The notes: generated by a model from the sequence alone, not told the origin. Counted from the first letter of the stretch, positions 25,529-37,697 are shown. The stretch is 64,000 bases of DNA from Octopus vulgaris (GCA_951406725.2 OX597824.1:47492001-47556000), one strand, 5' to 3'. Numbers and translations are program-made.

Positions 25529-26805
25529 TAAAGGGTAAATATATTTACCACACCAGGTATTACAAAATGCAGATCACTGTCCTACCTCCCTATGGAACTG
25601 AATCAAACTATTAATTTGTGATAAAGCTTTTTTAAAAAAATTTTACTGGGCATAATAATTAATATGTCTAAATTTGTTGTAGTAGAGCAAATAGGTAGAT
25701 TGCCATAACCCCAGTGTAAATAAAGTGAAGTGAAATGGCGTTATACTAGGAGCTGAAACTAGATCATAAACCAAACTCACTGATAGCTTGATACATGCTT
25801 GTAGAAAGATAGTGGTACAGCTGATTGATGATCAATACATACCTGGTACTTATATTATCAATGATGGATATATAATAGGTAAAGTTTGAAAGTTGAACAT
25901 CAAAAATATGGTCGCAAACTGCAAGAAGAGCATCTAACCATAGGAAAATCTGTCTTAAGAAAATTTCATTTAACTAAAGCAAGCATGGAAAAGAGGACAT
26001 AAAAATGATGGGTTCTTTAAATTATCACTAGTTATTGACAGCCAACAAATGTACAGAGATGATCTTATTGATTTTTATCTTAACTATAAATATAAGCTGA
26101 TACATATCTTTACCTTCTCAGTATACTGTTCTTCCCTTTTCATTTTAGCATAAATCCTTTATCACATTCTGGGTTTTAGCAGGTTATTAATGCAAACAAC
26201 TTAGACATACCTTTATAATGGATTCCTATTTAATAAGCAGTTGTTACTTAAAAATAATTTTGTAAGTGTTATTGGTCAAGGTGAACTTGAAATCCAACCT
26301 TTTTAACCTCATCTAGCTGTAAGCAACATCTTTAGTTTTCCTACAGTAAAATCCTTTGAAATAATAGAATCCAGAGAAGTCAAAGTAGTTACGAGGGTAA
26401 GGTGTCACTCTATGTTCTTCATAATAGTTATGATTTCAAAGCAATTTATTATAACTATTGTATATTGTCCTTGGAGAAAAAGAATTACTCTATCTTCCTA
26501 TGTATGAAATAACAAATATTATTACTTCACAATTGAATAGTAGGAAGGCTACCCAGCTGTAACAGTATTTTCTCTCAGTATTCAATAATTATCAAATTTG
26601 CATTTACTAAACAGTTTAGTAAACACAATGGTTGAAACACCAAACATATATATATATATTTAGTGTCAGTGGTATGAAAACAGCATCTAGTGCATATGGA
26701 AAAGTTGTTGGCATTAGGAAGGCATCTAACAATAAAAACCATGCCAAAGCTGACACTGGAGTTCAATGCAGTCCTCTGACTTGTCAGATCCTGTCAAACT
26801 ACCCA

Positions 26806-27222
26806 AATTCTATTTTTTCTTTCTCACTTGACCGCTGGTAGGGGAGAATTTTTCTAGAATTTTTTGCTACCCTAAAATTTATTAATTAATGATTTTTTGG
26901 CTAATTTTGAAATTAAATCGGCAGTTTATATTTACTGCTGAGTAAACCATGCGAGCGTGGTGGATTTTGAAAATTTATAGCATATAGACTCGAGGCGTGT
27001 TTATCATCGCCTAGTGGATATATGTTAGTCCTTGGCTTTTCTGCTGACGAGGCAACGCCAGTGGTAAATGAATTAATTAAATTAATTTATTTACGAAAGA
27101 TTGCCGAAACTATGCATAGTCCAGAAAGGAGAGGGTAAACGTTTTTATTTCTCTTTCCATTTCAGAATTATAACTATTAGTGGTTTGGAGTTTAGCTGCT
27201 CTTTCTAGTAAGTCGGATGTCC

Positions 27223-27225
<3 letters not shown>
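26806..27225 (+). mobile_element. CpG-retaining hammerhead-bearing insertion (Penelope pLTR/retrozyme-like); boundaries approximate
   Basis: Begins where a SINE tail (26665-26805) breaks off and ends at a (TA)n tract. CpG is more frequent than in the flanks. Contains the 27036-27129 hammerhead. Confidence 0.5.
27036..27129 (+). ncRNA. Type I hammerhead ribozyme, intact, with extended stem II
   Basis: Stem I CTTTTCTG(27036-43)/CAGAAAGG(27122-29); core CTGACGA(27044-50); stem II GGCAA(27051-55)/TTGCC(27101-05); GAAA(27106-09); stem III ACTA-TGCA-TAGT; cleavage triplet GTC(27119-21). Confidence 0.88.
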
Positions 27226-27279
<54 letters not shown>

Positions 27280-27365
27280 TATATCTTATGTTATAGATAC
27301 ATGCACACAGACATACATATATATATACACACACATGCACATACACATGTGCGCACATATATGCT
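27226..27365. repeat. Compound (TA)n/(CA)n microsatellite; similar tracts at ~38465, 53105, 54432, 56240, 60478, 63030 and 63415
   Basis: Seen directly in the sequence. Confidence 0.9.
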
Positions 27366-28552
27366 TGAATGTACAAGATTTGTTAGTAGAAAATTATTTA
27401 TTCATAGTTGATGATTTACTTAGTTTCTCTCTATGTGCAATTAATCAGTTAACAAAAAAATATGAACAGCTGATCTTAGTTCAGATCTTCAACATCAAGA
27501 GCAATGCTTGAGGGTTGAGAATGATTCTCCACCAGATTTAACTTTGTGTGGACCCACACATGACTGTGTTGGCCAATGTGGGATCCACAAGTCTAGTTGC
27601 AGACCTGGCATTTGCTGTTCTCTACAGTTATGTCTATCCTTTTGATGTTTGGTTCATTCTGTGTTGAAATGTGGGCTCTATCATAAATGGTCAAAGCTGG
27701 TTGATGTCAAAAAGATTAACATATTTGAAGTGAATCAGTAATTTGTTGGTTTTTATTGCCTTTTTTCTCATGTATTTTAAATTTTAGTGGGTAACTTTTA
27801 GTCCTATCACACAGATAACGTCTCCAGAAAAGTAACAAGACAAACTGTACATTGTCCATGCTGTAAAATGGTTTGTGAATAGAAGGGTATCCAGTTGTAA
27901 AATCCATGCTTGTTTCCTAAAAAGGATGAATGAAGCAATAATTCAAAATAAATCTGATAAAGAATAGAAGCAACTCTGGTCTTGCTGCAGACAGGCAGTC
28001 TAGTGTTGCCTGTAGTGTGCTTGAGAAAATATTATCAGTTCAAACTGTAAAGTGACTGCTGATAGGAAGGACATCTAACTGTAAACCATGCAAAGAAAAA
28101 ATGTATCAAAGATTGGTAGTTTTCTCTGTTGCTCTGTGCTTGATGACAAAGGACTGAAATAAGTACTGAAACAAAATGCTATAACAACTGTCCATCTCAA
28201 GCCAGCATGAGAAAAACAGACATAAAATGATGAACTTTATTATAATATTCTGGAGTCTATTACTCTCAACCATTTTCCTCTCAATACAATTTAAACTGAG
28301 GAAACTAAGTTTTGTATCAAACCAAGTGACAATAAGTTCATTTAGAGTTTCACGACTAAATAGGCCCCTTGAGGAAACTAAGATACTTTACCAACCAATT
28401 GTCATTTAACAAGTTAATTTCATAACCAAGTAGCTTATTCATTAATTTTCTTAAGTGGAGTTAACAGGTTTATCCAAGTATTCAGTGTGCCATCTCAATT
28501 CACAAATCAAGAGACTAAGATCTTATTTCTTCTGCCACCATAATGCCTCTTA

Positions 28553-29417
28553 CAGGGTGTTAGGGCTAAATATGAGGATTACTTTGTCTCCATTTTCAGG
28601 AACAGCTTGATGTATTTGGTGAGTTGTCAATGGCATTGGAAAGAATAAAGATTAAAGTTGTAGTTGAGAAAAAGACATGAAGGACTGGAAGTCATTTGAA
28701 TATAGGAAAAGATTTATCTGTATCTTATTGTTTGGCACCAAGTATCAAAATGCCGACATCATGACTGCTGCTCAATGCTCAATGTGAACACTGCAAAGGC
28801 TGTAAGGTGTGACATGCACAACTGCAATGGAGACTACAAAGCCATGGCCAGCAAGAAGGTGATGGTCTTTGGATGTGTCTCCAGTGACAGTGATGTCATG
28901 CCGCCTCACATCTTTGAATAGGGCCCTAAGTTCAATTCAGATGCTATGTGAAGCTGCTGGAGACTGTGGTCAAACTCTGGCTGGAGAGGGTTGCTGCTGG
29001 AAGACCATATTGTGTGGCAGCAGAATTAGGATCCTTACCATACCTCTGGAAATAGTCAGAAGTGGTTGTTAGAGAATTTCTACACTTCACTAGTCCAATT
29101 TCTGGTCTCCTAATTCCCCTGATTATAATTTCATGGATTACTATGAGTGTGGCATAGTTGAGAAAGACACAAACTGCTCTTCTAGCAACATGAAGGCTGA
29201 GCTGGTGGCTAGGATCAAGGAGGTATTTGAAGATCTGCACAGAGGCACCGTGAGAATTGCATGCATCAGGTTCCAGAGACTACTTTGAGTAAACTGTTAT
29301 CTCTCAGCTATAATCTAGTTGATATTTAAAAAAATTTTTTAATATACTTTTATTTTTGAATGGGGTAATTGTTTCCTTTTCTTTTTAAGCAAACTCAAAT
29401 TTAGTCCAAACACCCTG
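28553..29417 (+). mobile_element. Internally deleted Tc1/mariner-superfamily transposon (maT/DD37D-like)
   Basis: TA|CAGGGTGTTAGGGCTAAAT ... ATTTAGTCCAAACACCCTG|TA terminal inverted repeats. Remnant FWSPNSPDYNFMDY motif near 29100-29140. Confidence 0.8.
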
Positions 29418-30942
29418 TATATTGAGACATAATGTTACAATAGAATCTGCAGAAACTACTAAAAAATTTTAGATTTAGTTTATGTTTTAAGACCTCCAAC
29501 TTCACTTTTGAAGTAAATTAAAACCAATTGAAATTTAATCTGACTTCTGTATTCCAAATAATGTTAGTTTCTTTTGTCGTATTATTTGTTTCTTGCATCA
29601 CTATGACAAAAGTGTCACACTTAATCTTTTGCAAAACTTGATACTAAATGGTTTAGCATTTAGATTATACAACCTAGAAATTCTATCATAAACTAATAAG
29701 AAAAACTGAACTAAGAATATGTTAAGCAGCTTAGTTAACATGAAGCTTGTCTTTGATTATTAGCATCTGGTTCATAGTTCTAGTCAAAGTATTTGTCAGG
29801 AATCCAATAGTCTTGCACATTGATATGTATTATGGATTCAAGTTAGCTACTAATGAGAAAAGAATTATATTTCAAACACTGATTGATGAATAGATTTAAT
29901 GTAAAGGAAGTCCTTATTGGATTAGTTTCTTAATACAGATTACTCATGTTTCAGTTGTATAGATTATGTGTGGAGTTTCTAGGCTAAAATGGTGAGAAGA
30001 ACTCTGCATCATCGTCACTACTGATCAGCTAACAGAATCATTAGTATCAGAACAAATACCGTAAAGTATTTGTTCTGGCTCTTTATGTTCCAAGTTCAAA
30101 TCCCACTGAGGCCAACTTTATTTTTCATCCTCCAGAGTTGATAAAATGCAGTACCAATCAAGTACAGGGGGTCAATGATAGTGACTAATCCCTTCCCTTC
30201 AAAATTGCTGAGCTTGTACCAAAATTAGAAACCCTTATTATTATTATTGTTGTTGTGATGATGAGGGATAGGCAAAATCATTAGTACATTGGACAAAATG
30301 ATTTGTAGTATTGCTCCTGGGTCTTCTGAGTTCAAATCCTGCTTAGGTCAACTTTGCCTTTCTTCCATTCAGGTTGATGAAATATTGTACTAATCTAGTA
30401 TTGAGGTTGATGTAATTAACTTTCCCTTTATCCTCAAAATTGTTGACTTTCTGCTTCATAGAAATAATTATTATTGTTGCGATAATTATTTAGTCATAGC
30501 ATAGATTAGAGAATGCTGCAAAACAAAATAATATTTTAGTTTCTCTGATTGTATCTGATTAAGTCATTTTCCAGGGTGTACGTCTGGTAGAAGCAGCCAC
30601 AACTAAAACCTCTCAGCACTTTTTCATGAAGTATACGTCATCCACTTGTATTAATGTCCATTCCACCATAATCAGGAAACATACAGAAAATTCTACAAAT
30701 TTGAATATTTGCAAGTTTTATTCCTAAGCACTTTTGCTTGTGGCAACTTTCAACTACACACACACATGTATATATATAAAGTGGTGGTATGTTGTCAACT
30801 TGATGTGACAGTCTCATGAAAGGGAAGAATACTACTGCTATTTAGCCTTAGGAAGCACTGCTTCCTGTTGGTCTTGAGACATTTCCTGTGTCCTTATGTT
30901 TACAAAGGGGGGGATAAGCACCTCCACTCAACAGAGCCAGCA

Positions 30943-30985
30943 GCCAGAGACTAGTTTCTGAGTCGTTGCTCATCATCAGTCTGGC
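30943..30985 (-). ncRNA. Minimal type I hammerhead ribozyme
   Basis: The minus strand reads GCCAGA CTGATGA TGAG-caacga-CTCA GAAA CTAG TC TCTGGC. This gives a perfect 6-bp stem I, a 4-bp stem II, palindromic stem III ACTAGT and a GUC cleavage site. Confidence 0.82.
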
Positions 30986-31049
30986 CATGCATTGTGTATG
31001 GATGAAGACAGCTGTGAGAAGTGTTATACTCTAACAGTAGAGGGAACCT

Positions 31050-31576
31050 GTGGAAGAGGTAGACCCAGGAAGACATAGGATGAGGTAGCAAATCATGACC
31101 TTCGAATATTGAGCTTTACAGAGGCAATGACAAGCAACCGAGATCTTTGGAGATATGCTGTGCTTCAGAAGACTTGGCAAGCCAAGTGAGATCATAACCA
31201 TGGTCGATGCCTTGTCACATAACAGGCCCATTTAAAAGTACCCTTCAATTGTCAGGCAATATGCTGTACTTGAGAAGACCCATTGAGTCGAGTGAAATCG
31301 TAGTCATGGGCGATGCCAGTTCCACCTGACTGGCACCCATGTCAGTGGCATGTAGAAACCATCATTCAAGTGTCGCCAATCCCAGTGCCAGTGGCACATA
31401 AAAATCACCCACTAGACACTTGGAGTGGTTGGTGTTAGGAAGGGCATCCAGCTGTAGAAACCATGCCAGATCAGATTGGAGCCTGGTGCAGCCTCCTAGA
31501 TTGCCAGTCCTCAGTCAAACTGTTCAACCCATGCCAGCATGGAAAGCAGACATTAAATGATGATGATGATGATGAT
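31050..31576 (+). mobile_element. RTE 3'-UTR-derived element/SINE ending in (GAT)n
   Basis: ...ggaagggcatccagctgtagaaacc...caacccatgccagcatggaaagcagacattaaatgatgatgat, the same tail as the RTE LINE. Related tails at about 2250, 3508, 5010, 23335 and 26665. Confidence 0.7.
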
Positions 31577-34534
31577 ATATATATATATCATCATCATCAT
31601 CGTTTAACGTCTGTTTTCCATATATATTTTAAATCTGGGTTTTGTCCCTGTTAATGGGAGTGGTTGGATTTACCACAATGCCATAGCAACCACCCTCACA
31701 CCATTTCGCCATCTTGCCCGGTTTTGGGCGTCTTTCCCTCTCAAGCCAACCCTCCCAATCTCCTTGGTCTACCTCACTTTCGATGTCCATTTACCTCAAA
31801 CTGTAGCACCCACTTCAGAACATACCCTTCATCCCTCCTCACACACATGCCCATACCACCACACTCCATTTGCCTTTGCCAGCCATTCCAGTGATTCCTC
31901 CAACTCTAGCATCCCCATCAAGTCCTCAATCCTCCTCTTATCAAACAGTCTCACACCACACATTTCTCTCTCAGTCCTCAAAATTGCCATCTCTCTCTCT
32001 CAAACACCATGTCTCACTCCCATACAGCATTGCCACTCTTACACAACTATAGACCTTTCTTTTCATATTCAATGAGATGAAAAAGCCTCATGATAATAGC
32101 ATGACATATATCCTTTAAGAATATGCATATTTAAGCTCCTATTTTATTATGCCAGCAACAGCCTAATGATACCGTCTGGCAAGAGCAGTTTTTTGGGGTT
32201 GCACTGAGCTGTATTAATATAATGTAGGACAAGTGTTGTAATAATAATAATAACAATCCATGGATGGAATTTATAAATATTTTAATGCATCACTATGTGT
32301 GTTTCCACAAATCACACTTTTCTTACAATCATAGTCTGTATTCCTGGGATGATTACAGTATAGTCTGTGGTATCCATGGACGTGAGATGGATTATATTCA
32401 TGTGTTCATTTTTTCAGGTGATATAGCATTAACGATGGAAGCAGTAGATGTATAAATGAGGGTTGGCTATCAATTTTGACCAATGCAAAGGTTGGTTGGG
32501 GTATATGGGCATTCCGTATTTGGTGGGGGAGAAGATGATAGAAAGAAAGAAAGGAATAGTAGTTATAAAGGAGAGGGAGGTGTGTGATGATGTTAAACTT
32601 ATTTTGATATTTGAGTATGCAGATGTCAGTAGTATAGTTCCTTAGTTTGACCTTAGTCACAGCAGATGCCCTGCTCAATGAATTCAGATGTAGTAGGGTC
32701 AACAAATATAATTATTCAGTTGTTGGAGTTCATTGTCTGAGTTGACAAATATGTATATACAAGTTACCTATTTCTCAGTTACATAAATCAGAGTAGGACA
32801 CAACACTTAAGATAGGCTTTGTAGAATGCAATGCATCTATTATCTTCAGTCATTAGACTGTGGCCATGCTGGGGTGCCACATTGAAGAATTTTAGTTGAA
32901 CTAATTGACACTAATACTTATTTTCTTTTTAAGCCTGGTACTTATTCTATTGGTTGTTCTTGCCAAATTGTTACAGGGATATAAGCACACCAACACTGGC
33001 TGTCAAGTGGTGGTGGGGAAAACACACACACATATATCTACGAAGGGCTTCTTTCAGTTTCTGTCTACCAGATCCACTCACAAAGCTTTGATCGGCCTGA
33101 GGCTATAGTAGAAGACACTTGCCCAAGGTGCCATGCAGTGCAACTGAACCTGGAATCATGGGAATCATTGGGGAGCAAACTTCCTACCATACAGCTTCAC
33201 TTGTTCCTAATACATGTAATAGTAAGGTTTGTTGAACACATTCCTTGTCATAGGGTTTGATGCCATAGTTAAATGTTTAGTTTTAGATTCAGTACCATTA
33301 CATGACATCTTGGTCAAGTATTTTCTATTATAGCCCCCAGGTCCACCAAAGCCTTTTGACTGGGTTTGGTAGATGGAGACTGAAAGAAATCTATCATATA
33401 AATATATCAACATCATCAGTGTTTTGATGTCCACTTTTCAATGCTTGCATAGGTCAGACAGAATTCATTAAAGCTGATTTTTCTATAACTGGACACCTTT
33501 CTCATCACTGACATTTTTCCAAGCAAAGTATTATTTCTTCATAGTGACATGTTTTCACGGAAGATTGCAAATGGAGATTGCTAGTATGATGGTAATGTTT
33601 GTTTACAACTGTGGTGCAATGTCAAGACAAAGAGAACATACACACACCCATACAATGGGCTTGTTAGAGTTTCCCTTCACCAAATCTACTCACAAGGTCC
33701 TAGTTGGATCAAGGCTTCCGTAGAAGACTCTTGCTCAAAGTACCAACATTGGGATTGAACCTCTCAACCACCAAGCCATACTTACATTATATAATGTGTG
33801 TGTGTGCAAATCTGTATGAATGTTTACATTCTGCACATCACATGAAAAAGCACTAAGCTACAAATGGTGAAATTTTTTGACATTCTCTCTCAACAAATTA
33901 CCTGGTAGCTCTGCAATTTGAAAGACATGAAGTAAAAAAAATCTCTTATTTGAGAAACAGTTAGGGTTAGCAATAGGAAAAGCATCTGGCTGTATAACAA
34001 TGTCTCAATATATGTATTTATCTAGCCCATGTTAACATGGGAAAACAGATGTAGAACAGATTACAATCAAAATAGTATTTAAAATTCTTTAAAAGAAAAA
34101 TATATTAATGATGTGAAAGCTTTAGAGGATGTACTTATATATATATATATGTTGTGTGTGTCTCTCCCTAATGTGCTAGCTTGACCTTGCACATTAGTTG
34201 TAAACAAATGCCACCCACATATAAGTGATGTCATTTATTTCCAACATCTGTGAAAACAGCTTAGTGTTTGTAATAGGAAGGGCATTCAGCTGTAGAAAAT
34301 CTACAGCAATGACTTCAGTATGACCTATGCAAGCATGAAAAAGCAGATGTTAGAACACTGTTGATGTGTGCATACATACATACTTCACTCACAAAGTATT
34401 GGTCACCCTACTTGCTCAAGATGTTACACATAAGAAATCCAAAATCATATGACAACAAAGTAAACTTCACAAGTATGTAGCCATTCCTGTGCCTTTTTAT
34501 ATTTCTGTAAAATTTATTTAATTATTTATTACTT

Positions 34535-34683
34535 ACATCTCCCTTCCATACACATACGAGCATATATCTGACTCATACATTGTTCACTTTCCAGACATTT
34601 GTACATTACTGCATATACTTTATACACACTTTCTGACAAGTTGTGGTGCACCTGAGCACTGTATACAATAATTTCATTATTAT
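34535..34683 (+). mobile_element. 3'-end fragment of the same CR1 LINE
   Basis: Near-identical to 45965-46110 (catacattgttc...gacaagttgtggtgcac...ttcattattat). Confidence 0.85.
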
Positions 34684-35141
34684 CATATCTTAAATTATGT
34701 CTGTAAACATTCATACAAAACACGCATACATGTGAATATTTATCTTTGTTTTCAAATTGATATTATTTGGATGAGTGATGTTATGTTTATCTCTGCCATA
34801 AAAAAATAATGCCTTGAAACTCAGTAAAATAAAAATACCTTACTTGAAAAATGGATAAGGGTATTTGACTGTATCCAACATGGAAAGAGTGGATGCAAGT
34901 AAAATGATGACACTTTAAGGGTTACATTGATTATTATTTTGCTGCAACTAGAATGTAATAAAGCATTCATATTTAAACTTTTAGCATTTAAACTGGCTAT
35001 ATCCAGCCCAAATATCCTACCTGGCCAGATCCAGTCTCTCAAACATACCCTACAATGTCATTCTAAAAAACTACATCTTCAAAATTTTGAAACTACAAAA
35101 TACTGCATGGTTAATTTTCTAAAATGTGAATAAATAAGCAT

Positions 35142-37697
35142 TCATCATTGTTTAATGTCCGCTTTCCATGCTAGCATGGGTTGGATGATTGACTGAGGGC
35201 TGGCGAACCAGATGGCTGCACCAGGCTTCAATCTTGATCTGGCAGAGTTTCTACAGCTGGATGCCCTTCCTAACACCAACCGGTCCGAAAGTGTAGTGAG
35301 TGCTTTTACGTGCCACTGGCACGGGGCCAGTCAGATGGTACTGGCAACGACCTCGCTCGAATCTTTTATACATGCCACCGGCACAGGTGCCGGTAAGGCG
35401 ATGCTGATAACGATCACGCTCGAATGGTGTCTTTTACGTGCCACCGGCACGGGGGCCGCATAGCCGCTCTGGCAATGATCAAGCTCGGATGGTGCTCTTA
35501 ATACTCTACTAGCACGAGGCTCAAGTGCCAGTAAGGCGACGCTGGTAACAATCATGCTCGAATGGTGCCTTTTAAGTGCCACTGGCATGGAAGCCAGTTA
35601 GCTGCTCTGTCAACGATCACACTCGTATGGTGCTCTTTGCACCCTGCTAGCACAGGCGCCAGTCATCAAATTTGATTTCACTTGCCTGAACAGGTCTTCG
35701 CAAGCAGAGTTTTAGTGTCCAAAGAAGGAAAAGGTACACATAAGTGGGCTGGTTACGCCCCTGAGATTATGGTCTCATTTGGCTTGCCTGGTCTTCTCGC
35801 GCACGGCATATTTCCAAAAATCTCAGTCACTAGTCACTTCCTTGGTGAGGCCTAAAGTTCGCAGGTTGTGCTTCACCACTTCATCCCAGGTCTACCTCTT
35901 CCACAGGTTCCCTCAACCGCTAGGGTGTGGCACTTTTTCACACAGCTGTCCTCATCCATTCTCGCCACATGACCATACCAGCACAGTCATCTCTCTTGCA
36001 CACCACATCTAATGCTTCTGAGGTCCAACATTTCTCTCAAGGTACTTATACTCTGTCGAGTATGCACACTGACATTATACATCCATCGGATCATACTGGC
36101 TTCATTCCTTGCGAGCTTACACATATCCTCAGCAGTCACAGCCCATGTTTCACTGCCATGTAGCATGGCTGTTCGTACACGTGTCATACAGTCTACCTTT
36201 TACTCTGAGCGAGAGGCCCTTTGTCACCAGCAGAGGTAAGAGCTCTGAACTGAACTGCTATTCTTATTCTAGCAGCTACACTTTCAGCACACCCTCCCCC
36301 ACTACTGACTTGGTCACCTAGGTTACGGAAGCTATCAACTTATTCTAGTTTTCCTCCCTGGAATGTGGCGTAAGTTGTTCTCTGCACATTTTCAGTGTTT
36401 ATTGCTCCCGAGCATCTGCCACATACAAAAACTATCTTCCCCGTTAGCCTAGCTTTGATATTACTGCACCTCTTATGTGTCCATAGCTTACACTGGGTAC
36501 ATCTTATAGAGTTTCTACCTACGCCTCTGCTACAGATCGAGCAGAGCCATCTACCTGAAGGGATTTGTGGATTGCCTGCCTTCCTACTTATTAGGACTTT
36601 GGCTTTAGCTAGGTTGACTCTAAGGCCCTTCGATTCTAATCCTTGTTTCCACACCTGAAACTTCTTTAGTTCTGATAGTGACTCAGCAATTAGAGCAAGG
36701 TCATCAGCATAGGGGAGCTCCCAGGGGCATCCTGTCTTGAATTCCTCTGTTATTGCCTGGAGGACTATGATAAATAGGAGGGAGCTGAGGACTGAACCCT
36801 GGTGGACCCCTACCTCTACCCTGAATTCTTCAGTGTACTCGTTGCCAACCCTCACCTTACTTACAGCGTCCCTGTACATGGCTTGCACAGCTCTCACTAA
36901 TCATTCATCTATCCCTAGTTTCCTCAATGACCACCAGATAAGGGATCTGGGGGACTCTGTCAAAGGCTTTCTCTATGTCAACAAAAGCCAAGTACAGGGG
37001 CTTATCTTTGGCTAGGTATTTCTCTTGCAGCTGTCTTACCAGGAATATAGTATGTGGTGCTTTTCCCTAGCACAAAACCAAACTGCATCTCATCCAAACT
37101 AACCCTCTCCATGACCTTCATTACCTGATCCAACAGCTTGATACCTCTGTAATTATTTGTATCTAAAGCGTCACCTTTACCTTTGTAGCAGTCGACTATT
37201 ATACTGTTACACCAGTCATTGGGTATGACTCCTTCGTGTATCACCTGGTTAATTATACAGGTGACTAGGGTATAGCCAACACTGTCAGATATTTTGAGCA
37301 TCTCTGCAGTAATTCCTGATGGGTCGGGGGCTTTCCCTGTCTTCATACTATTAATTGCTTTATCTACCAAGGTACTGTCAATTTGGATAGCTGGTCCCTC
37401 TGTTGGGTCGACATTCGGCAGACTCTCTTTCTCTCATTCCTTTTCTTTATTCAGCAACCTTTCATAGTGGCGTCTCCAAACCTCTCTCTTTGCATCCTCA
37501 TTTAGCGCAAGTGAACCATCATCCATGTGAACACACTTCTCTCCTACAACATTATGAATCTCTCTCACACACTGTCTTGCAACACGAAATACCTCAAGTC
37601 TTTGGTCCTCACGGCGCAGAACATTGGCAAATTTTTTCTTATCTGCTTCCCTTCTGGCTAAATAAACCTGCCTCCTAGCTTCCCTTCTGGCAGTCAA
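35142..37697 (-). mobile_element. 5'-truncated RTE-clade LINE (RT with inserted PHD-type finger; 3' UTR minisatellite)
   Basis: ORFs 37434..37697, 37002..37370 (KAPDPSGI, YKGKGD, NYRGIKLL, QFGF), 36340..36897 (GVHQGSVLS, YADDL) and 35987..36187 (MLHGSETW). Frameshifted. The 3' tail is shared with SINEs in the window. Confidence 0.9.
35300..35665. repeat. Minisatellite (~60-70-bp unit x6) in RTE 3' UTR
   Basis: CTTTTACGTGCCAC(T/C)GGCAC...GCCAGT...CGATCACGCTCGAATGG-like units at about 35303, 35363, 35431, 35495, 35569 and 35633. Confidence 0.8.

Larger units (their letters stand above)
23605..25704. repeat. Inverted repeat with ~200-bp arms (23605-23807 and 25499-25704)
   Basis: For example, TTTGCTCTACTACAACAAATTTAGACATATT vs AATATGTCTAAATTTGTTGTAGTAGAGCAAA, and CCATAGGGAGGTAGGAC vs GTCCTACCTCCCTATGG. 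Confidence 0.9.

Noticed and set aside
27110-27411. Short ORFs rich in Y/I/H/T/C/V (also ~53099, 56074, 60260, 63351-63627)
   Set aside because: These are translations of (TA)n/(CA)n microsatellites.
35300-35665. CRISPR-like repeat-spacer array
   Set aside because: Eukaryotic context; whole units are homologous with no unique spacers and lie in a LINE 3' UTR.
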